Positions 57,631-64,000 of a stretch of 64,000 bases of DNA are shown piece by piece. How positions within the stretch are numbered: position 1 is the stretch's first letter; each line of letters starts with the position of its first letter. The translations under genes and the position numbers were made by a program. Below the pieces are notes generated by a model that saw only the letters and a program-made list of their open reading frames with translations, ran no database searches and had not been told where the DNA came from. Source of the stretch: Roseibacillus sp. (GTDB lineage: Bacteria; Verrucomicrobiota; Verrucomicrobiia; Verrucomicrobiales; Akkermansiaceae); assembly GCA_051251855.1 (NCBI GenBank), contig JBPOGI010000001.1:1536001-1600000 (forward strand). The letters run 5' to 3'.

Positions 57631-60600
57631 TTAGGCGCTTTCCTTGATGTCTTCGTCGGAATCCATCTCGGGTTCCGCTGCTGGCTCAGGAGAGACTTCA
57701 GCGACAGTATCCTCAGCTACTTCGCCTTCAGCAATTGCTGAAATGGCTTCGATTGCTTCGTCAGCTTCAACTTCGGCAGCAGTAGGTGCTTCCACGAGGG
57801 ACTCTTCGCCTTCAGGGACTTCTGAATCAGAAGCTTCCACAATGGGCTCGGGCTCTTCAACGGTCAGCTCGATGTCGACTGAACGGTGAGTATGGAAACC
57901 GGTTCCGGCAGGAATCAGATGACCCATGATGACGTTCTCTTTGAATCCAGTGAGACGGTCAATCTTGCCCATGGTCGCGGCCTCGGTGAGGACACGAGTG
58001 GTGTCCTGGAAGGACGCGGCAGAGATGAAGGACTCAGTCTCAAGAGAAGCCTTGGTGATACCCAAGAGAACAGGCTCAGCTTCAGCGGGCTTACCACCCT
58101 GCTCAGCGAGTTCCTCGTTCACCTTCTTGAAGGTCACCCGCTCCACTTGGTCACCCCAAAGGAAATCAGAGTCACCAGGCTCAGTGATACGCACTTTGCG
58201 CAGCATCTGGCGAATGACGACTTCGATGTGCTTGTCGTTAATCTCCACACCCTGGGCGCGGTAGACGGACTGAACTTCGGAGACGAGGTGCTCTTGGAGA
58301 GCTTGAGTTCCGCACGCTTCGAGCAAATCTTCGGGAGCCACAGGGCCCTCGGTGATTTGGTCACCACGCTTGAGAAGGTCACCCTCGGTCACGATAATCT
58401 GACGGCCCATAGGGACGAGGTGGTCAACGGACTCGCCGCTTTCCACGTCGGTCACGATGACCTTCTTCTTACCACGAACGGTTCCGCCAAAGGAAACGTC
58501 ACCGTCAATCTTGGCGATAACACAAGCGTCTTTCGGACGACGGGACTCGAAGAGTTCCGCAACCCGTGGTAGACCACCGGTAATATCCTTCGTCTTGGCA
58601 ACCTTACGAGGCGTCCGCGCAACCTGCGTTCCACCGGCGACTTTGGCACCTTCTTTAACAGAAAGGTGAGCGCCGACAGGAATGGAGTAGTTGGCGAGAA
58701 CTTCCTTGGACTTGGGGTCGACGACGACCACCTGTGGGTGAAGGTCTTCCTTGTGCTCGGTGACGGTCATTCCCTTCTTACCGGTCTCCTTATCGGTCTC
58801 GGTTTGAACGGTAATTCCGACAATCATATCGCGGAATTCAACCTTACCAGCCTTCTCGGAAATAATCGGCACGGAGTGAGGATCCCAAGTGAGAATCTGA
58901 GCTCCTTTTTTCACCTCGGCGCCATCGGCCGCCTTAATGACGGAACCAATCACAACCTTGTGAGATTCAAGCTCGAGACCATCTTTGTCGCGAATGGAAA
59001 CCTTACCGTTCTTGTTGAGAACAACGAAGTTGCCATCGACATCCTCTACCGCACGCAAGTCAATAAAGGTGATGAAACCTTTGTTCTTGGCAGTAATGAA
59101 GGGCTGTTTGGTGGCACCAAAGGCAACACCACCGGAGTGGAATGTGCGCATGGTCAACTGTGTTCCAGGCTCACCAATGGACTGTGCCGCGATGATACCC
59201 ACTGCTTGACCAATCTGAGCAAGCTCGTTGGTCGCAAGGTTGAGGCCATAACACTTCACACAACATCCACGGTCTGACTCACAAGTGAGAGCAGAACGGA
59301 CGCGGAGTTGTTCGAGGCCAACATTCTCGACGGCAAGAGAAGTCTTCTCGTCGATGTGCTGTCCTGGCTTGAGGATGACTTTGCCGGTTACGGGGTCAGT
59401 CACCTTCTCCAAAGAAGTTCGGCCATAGATGCGGGATGCCAAGGAAGTGGACTCCTCGTCACCACTATAAATGGTGTGCATGGTGAGTCCGTTGACAGTT
59501 TCGCAGTCAGGGATGGTCACGATGACGTCCTGAGAAACATCGACCAACTTACGGGTCATGTATCCGGAGTCAGCGGTCTTCAGTGCGGTATCGGCAAGAC
59601 CCTTACGCGCACCGTGAGTGGAGATGAAGAACTCCAACACCGAAAGACCTTCACGGAAGTTCGAAGTAATGGGGCGTTCGATAATCTCACCAGATGGCTT
59701 GGCCATGAGACCACGCATACCGGAGAGCTGCTTAATCTGGTTCTTGTTACCACGAGCACCAGAGTCGACCATCATGAAGAGTGGGTTGGCGATGACTTTG
59801 CCATCGTTGTGCTCAATCTTACGATAGAGCGCACTCGCGATGTGATCGGTGGCACGGGTCCAAATATCGACCACCTTCTGGTAGCGCTCGCCGTTGGTGA
59901 TAATACCATTGCGGTAGTGCTTGGTGACGGTTTCGATTTCGGCGTAGGCCTTAGCCACTTCGACCTTCTTCTCCTCGGGGACGACCATGTCGACGATACC
60001 GATGGAGATTCCAGAACGAGACGCTTCTTTGAAACCGAGCTCTTTGAGCAAGTCGAGAGACTCAACTGTCGGTCCTCGTCCGGCGGCCTGATAGGAACGC
60101 CAGATGATGTTTCCGATCTGCTTCTTACCGACGGTCTCGTTGACGAAACCAAGACCTTGCGGCCAAATCTCGTTGAAACGAACACGACCCGGAGTGGTGA
60201 TGATGTGGCGTGACTCTTTGTCACCCAAAATGGTTTCCTTACCGAAGTCAGGGTTCTTGATGCGAATCCATTGGTGATAGTTCACTCCACGCTGGGAAAT
60301 GGCATACTCGACCTCGTTAGTGTCTGAGAACGAAGGCAGGCTCACGTCAGTGGCTGGCTTCACCGCAGAACGCACGTAGGTGAGGTAGTAAATTCCAAGA
60401 ATGATGTCCTGAGAAGGAGTCGTGATGGGCTGACCACTTGCTGGTGAGAACAAGTTGTTAGGCGCCAACATGAGCTGACGACACTCCATCTGCGCTTCCA
60501 CGGAAAGTGGAACGTGCACCGCCATTTGGTCACCATCGAAGTCGGCGTTGTAGGCCGAACAAGTCAATGCGTGCAAACGAATGGCAGAACCCTCAATCAA

Positions 60601-61932
60601 GACGGGCTCGAAAGCCTGAATGGACAAACGGTGAAGAGTAGGAGCGCGGTTCAACATCACAGGGTGACCTTTGGTCACTTCTGCGAGGATGTCCCAGACC
60701 TCGGTGGTCTTGCGGTCGATCATCTTCTTAGCGGAACGGACGGTGTGGCAATAGCCAAGCTCCTTAAGGCGACGGATGATGAAGGGCTCAAACAAAGTGA
60801 GAGCCATCTTCTTCGGCAATCCGCACTGGTGAAGCTTGAGGTCAGGACCAATCACGATCACGGAACGACCGGAATAGTCGACACGCTTACCGAGAAGGTT
60901 CTGACGGAAGCGACCACCCTTACCCTTGAGCATGTCAGAGAGGGATTTGAGAGGACGGTTACCCGCACCGGTGACTGCACGGCCGTGACGACCGTTGTCG
61001 AACAAGGCGTCGACCGCTTCCTGGAGCATGCGCTTCTCGTTTCGAATGATGACCTCGGGGGTCTTCAACTGGAGAAGGTTGCGGAGACGGTTGTTGCGGT
61101 TGATGACACGACGGTAGAGGTCGTTGAGGTCAGAAGTCGCAAAGCGGCCCCCTTCCAAAGGAACCAAAGGACGAAGATCGGGAGGAATGACCGGAAGGGT
61201 ATTCATCACCATCCACTCAGGGCGAGTGTTGGAACCGTGGAAGCCCTGAGCGAGCTTGAGTCGCTTGGCGAGCTTCTTGCGGTTCTGCTTGGAGCGAGTG
61301 GCATCCATGGCCTCTTCGAGCTCGACGATCAATTTGGGTAGATCGACTTGCTTGAGGGATTCTTGGAGGGCTTCAGCACCCATTGCGGCGCGGAAGGCGT
61401 CTTCGCCGTAGTCGTCCTCGGCGTCGCGGAGCTCGACTTCCGTCAAAAGCTGACCGAGTTCGAGAGGCGTGTTGCCGGGATCGATGACCATGTAGTCCTC
61501 GTAGTAAATCACGCGCTCGAGTTGGCGAGCAGCCATATCAAGGACCAAGCCGATGCGGCTGGGCATACATTTGTAGAACCAGATGTGGCTGACAGGAACT
61601 GCCAACTCGATGTGGCCCATACGCTCGCGACGGACACGGGAGAGGGTGACCTCTACTCCACAACGGTCGCAGATGACGCCCTTGTGCTTGATTCGCTTGT
61701 ATTTTCCGCAAGCACACTCCCAGTCCCGAGTAGGACCAAAGATTCGCTCACAAAAGAGACCACCCTTCTCGGGCTTGAAAGTCCGGTAGTTGATGGTTTC
61801 AGGATTCTTGACCTCACCGTGACTCCAGCTCCGAATGGTTTCGGGATGGGCAACAGTGATGGCGACGTGGTCAAAAGCTTCAGGCTTTTCGTCTACCCCG
61901 TAAAGGTCACGTAAATTGGTTTCAACGCTCAT
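57631..61932 (-). CDS. rpoC: DNA-directed RNA polymerase subunit beta'
   Basis: Zn ribbon, catalytic NADFDGD, bridge helix [18 protein letters not shown] and QLTMRTFH. Confidence 0.99.
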   Translation of the reverse strand: MSVETNLRDLYGVDEKPEAFDHVAITVAHPETIRSWSHGEVKNPETINYRTFKPEKGGLFCERIFGPTRDWECACGKYKRIKHKGVICDRCGVEVTLSRVRRERMGHIELAVPVSHIWFYKCMPSRIGLVLDMAARQLERVIYYEDYMVIDPGNTPLELGQLLTEVELRDAEDDYGEDAFRAAMGAEALQESLKQVDLPKLIVELEEAMDATRSKQNRKKLAKRLKLAQGFHGSNTRPEWMVMNTLPVIPPDLRPLVPLEGGRFATSDLNDLYRRVINRNNRLRNLLQLKTPEVIIRNEKRMLQEAVDALFDNGRHGRAVTGAGNRPLKSLSDMLKGKGGRFRQNLLGKRVDYSGRSVIVIGPDLKLHQCGLPKKMALTLFEPFIIRRLKELGYCHTVRSAKKMIDRKTTEVWDILAEVTKGHPVMLNRAPTLHRLSIQAFEPVLIEGSAIRLHALTCSAYNADFDGDQMAVHVPLSVEAQMECRQLMLAPNNLFSPASGQPITTPSQDIILGIYYLTYVRSAVKPATDVSLPSFSDTNEVEYAISQRGVNYHQWIRIKNPDFGKETILGDKESRHIITTPGRVRFNEIWPQGLGFVNETVGKKQIGNIIWRSYQAAGRGPTVESLDLLKELGFKEASRSGISIGIVDMVVPEEKKVEVAKAYAEIETVTKHYRNGIITNGERYQKVVDIWTRATDHIASALYRKIEHNDGKVIANPLFMMVDSGARGNKNQIKQLSGMRGLMAKPSGEIIERPITSNFREGLSVLEFFISTHGARKGLADTALKTADSGYMTRKLVDVSQDVIVTIPDCETVNGLTMHTIYSGDEESTSLASRIYGRTSLEKVTDPVTGKVILKPGQHIDEKTSLAVENVGLEQLRVRSALTCESDRGCCVKCYGLNLATNELAQIGQAVGIIAAQSIGEPGTQLTMRTFHSGGVAFGATKQPFITAKNKGFITFIDLRAVEDVDGNFVVLNKNGKVSIRDKDGLELESHKVVIGSVIKAADGAEVKKGAQILTWDPHSVPIISEKAGKVEFRDMIVGITVQTETDKETGKKGMTVTEHKEDLHPQVVVVDPKSKEVLANYSIPVGAHLSVKEGAKVAGGTQVARTPRKVAKTKDITGGLPRVAELFESRRPKDACVIAKIDGDVSFGGTVRGKKKVIVTDVESGESVDHLVPMGRQIIVTEGDLLKRGDQITEGPVAPEDLLEACGTQALQEHLVSEVQSVYRAQGVEINDKHIEVVIRQMLRKVRITEPGDSDFLWGDQVERVTFKKVNEELAEQGGKPAEAEPVLLGITKASLETESFISAASFQDTTRVLTEAATMGKIDRLTGFKENVIMGHLIPAGTGFHTHRSVDIELTVEEPEPIVEASDSEVPEGEESLVEAPTAAEVEADEAIEAISAIAEGEVAEDTVAEVSPEPAAEPEMDSDEDIKESA

Positions 61933-61969
61933 AAATCGTATTTAGTAAATAGGTTGGTTATCGGGGAAA

Positions 61970-64000
61970 TTAGATAGTGAGATCGTCCAAGGAGAAGTCG
62001 TCGGAGAGTCCCACCCCTTCGCCAGCTTCTTTTGCTGCAAGTCCGCGGCCTGGCTTGACGTCCAGTCCGAGAGATTGCATTTCCTTGATCAATACGTTGA
62101 ATGATTCGGGAGTTCCCGCTTCGAGGGTGTTATCCCCTTTCACGATGGACTCATAGATTCGGGTCCGTCCTTGCACGTCATCCGACTTCACAGTCAAAAG
62201 CTCCTGCAAGGTGTAGGCCGCGCCATAGGCTTCGAGGGCCCAGACTTCCATCTCTCCGAAACGCTGACCACCGTATTGGGCTTTACCACCCAAGGGTTGC
62301 TGCGTAACGAGCGAGTAAGGTCCCACCGCACGAGCGTGGATCTTATCGGCAATGAGGTGACCGAGCTTGAGCATGTAGATTTGACCGACAACGACAGGCT
62401 GGTGAATCGGGTCACCAGTCCGGCCATCATAGAGCATGCTCTTACCGGCGACGGAACCGTCTTTGCCATCACCAATCCAGTCAAAACCAGGAACGGCCTT
62501 GGCCTCTGACATGTATTCCCAAATCTTGTCCTCGTGGATACCGTCGAAAATCGGGGTCGCCACTTTGAATCCGAGGGCTTTGGCAGCGACACCGAGGTGT
62601 GTTTCCAAAACCTGTCCCACGTTCATCCGAGAAGGAACGCCGAGTGGGTTCAAGCAGATGTCGATAGGAGTTCCATCGGAGAGGAACGGCATGTCGGCCT
62701 CGGGAACGATAATGGCGACAACACCTTTGTTTCCGTGACGTCCCGCCATCTTGTCACCGACAGAAAGCTTACGCTTCTTGGCGACAAAGACCTTCACTTC
62801 CTTAATCACGCCGGGGTCGACTTCGTCTCCGCTCTCGATTTGGTCGAGGCGACGTTCGCGGTCGGTATCGAGCTCGCCGAAGCGGGACTCGAAGCTCTGG
62901 ATGATTTCGAGAATCTTGTTCCGAATCGGGCTCGGGTCGATTTCGATGTGGTCATGGGCACTCGCGAGCTTGCGAAGAAGAGTCTTCGTAATCTTGCGGT
63001 TGGCCGGGATGATGATTTCGCCGGTTTGGGCGTTGACGACATCGAGAGGAATTTTCTCTCCCAAAAGAATGTCGGAAAGCTTCTCAGTGAGGTCGTCAGT
63101 GAGCTTGTCTTTCTTCTTCTTGTAGTCGTCGTTGATCTTCTTGAGCTGCTTCTTGGCTTCGGCGGTATTCACCTCTTCGTTGCGCACGCGGGCAACTCCA
63201 TGGGAAGACATCCGAATCTCTTGCACGATACCAATTGTTCCAGAAGGAACGCGCAAGGAAGTGTCCTTCACGTCCGCTGCTTTCTCACCGAAAATGGCGC
63301 GCAAGAGGCGCTCTTCCGGTGCAAGTTCGGTTTCGCTCTTGGGAGTGATTTTACCAACAAGGATATCTCCGGGATGCACTTCGGCACCGACGCGGACGAT
63401 TCCGTCGTGGTCGAGGTTCTTGAGAGCCTCTTCCCCTACGTTTGGAATATCGCGTGTAATTTCCTCTGGTCCCAGCTTGGTGTCACGGGCAGCGACATCG
63501 AACTCGGAGATGTGGATGGAAGTGTAAACGTCATCTTTCACGATGCGCTCGGAAATCACGATGGCATCCTCAAAGTTATATCCGTTCCAAGGCATGAACG
63601 CGACGAGCACGTTACGTCCAAGGGCCAGTTCGCCTTGCTCGGTGTTCGGTCCGTCCGCGAGAACGTCGCCGACTTTGATCTTCTTCCCTTTCGCCACGAT
63701 GGGCTTCTGGTTGATGCAAGAACCGGAGTTCGAACGCATGAACTTGCGGAGAGGATAAACGTAGATGCCTTTATCAGGGACGGTCTTGAGAACCTCGGGG
63801 GTGCTCAGGAACTTTTCGTCCGAGATAGGAAGCTCGCCGTCCTTGGTGGTGACGATGAATTCAGCAGTCGCGGCAGCGACAACGCCGTCCGCTTCGGAGA
63901 CGATGACTGCGCGTGAGTCGCGGGCCGCTTTGCCTTCCAAACCAGTTCCCACGAAGGGAGACTCGGAAACCAAAAGTGGCACCCCTTGACGCTGCATGTT
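61970..64000 (-). CDS. rpoB: DNA-directed RNA polymerase subunit beta (5' part outside the window)
   Basis: [33 protein letters not shown] and GGQRFGEME motifs. Confidence 0.99.
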   Translation of the reverse strand, partial: NMQRQGVPLLVSESPFVGTGLEGKAARDSRAVIVSEADGVVAAATAEFIVTTKDGELPISDEKFLSTPEVLKTVPDKGIYVYPLRKFMRSNSGSCINQKPIVAKGKKIKVGDVLADGPNTEQGELALGRNVLVAFMPWNGYNFEDAIVISERIVKDDVYTSIHISEFDVAARDTKLGPEEITRDIPNVGEEALKNLDHDGIVRVGAEVHPGDILVGKITPKSETELAPEERLLRAIFGEKAADVKDTSLRVPSGTIGIVQEIRMSSHGVARVRNEEVNTAEAKKQLKKINDDYKKKKDKLTDDLTEKLSDILLGEKIPLDVVNAQTGEIIIPANRKITKTLLRKLASAHDHIEIDPSPIRNKILEIIQSFESRFGELDTDRERRLDQIESGDEVDPGVIKEVKVFVAKKRKLSVGDKMAGRHGNKGVVAIIVPEADMPFLSDGTPIDICLNPLGVPSRMNVGQVLETHLGVAAKALGFKVATPIFDGIHEDKIWEYMSEAKAVPGFDWIGDGKDGSVAGKSMLYDGRTGDPIHQPVVVGQIYMLKLGHLIADKIHARAVGPYSLVTQQPLGGKAQYGGQRFGEMEVWALEAYGAAYTLQELLTVKSDDVQGRTRIYESIVKGDNTLEAGTPESFNVLIKEMQSLGLDVKPGRGLAAKEAGEGVGLSDDFSLDDLTI

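Noticed and set aside
62830..63200. Large insertion in RpoB
   Set aside because: Lineage-specific insertions at this position are known; no intein motifs.
1..64000. CRISPR arrays, prophage, IS elements, defence systems
   Set aside because: No regularly spaced repeats and no cas, phage, integrase, transposase or recognisable defence genes seen.

Overview
This 64-kb window is most likely from a marine Verrucomicrobiota chromosome (Verrucomicrobiales-like). That call rests on three PEP-CTERM genes, six Cys-type sulfatases, an SHD1-domain protein and Verrucomicrobia-style C-terminal domains. Bases 1-28 kb form a red-algal sulfated-galactan (probably carrageenan) utilisation locus. It contains an AraC regulator, a 3,6-anhydrogalactose catabolic operon (cycloisomerase, aldehyde dehydrogenase, eda, kdgK), GH16, GH127, an MFS sugar porter, four sulfatases (one a 1261-aa modular surface protein) and two ASPIC/UnbV FG-GAP paralogues. 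The locus ends about 1.2 kb from the 3' end of a tmRNA gene (ssrA, 29114-29469, minus strand), with a truncated gene between them. The rest holds creB/creC split by an opposite-strand gene, pyrC, a glucosylglycerate/mannosylglucosylglycerate cluster with a degenerate M20-fold protein, GH30, deaD, an ADP-ribosylglycohydrolase/HIT/cinA trio, a Gfo/Idh/MocA + FGE-domain pair, engB, a GIY-YIG nuclease, a CBM6-like protein, rpoC and the 3' part of rpoB. The strongest hidden signal is a secreted SHD1-thioredoxin gene (47736-48425). The ORF track splits it at an in-frame TGA that falls exactly on the first residue of the redox motif (W-U-P-P-C), and a bacterial SECIS-like hairpin follows, so it is a probable selenoprotein. 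REP-like inverted doublets and one possible structured ncRNA are also present. I see no CRISPR array, rRNA, integrase or transposase. All family assignments come from motif recognition, not database searches.
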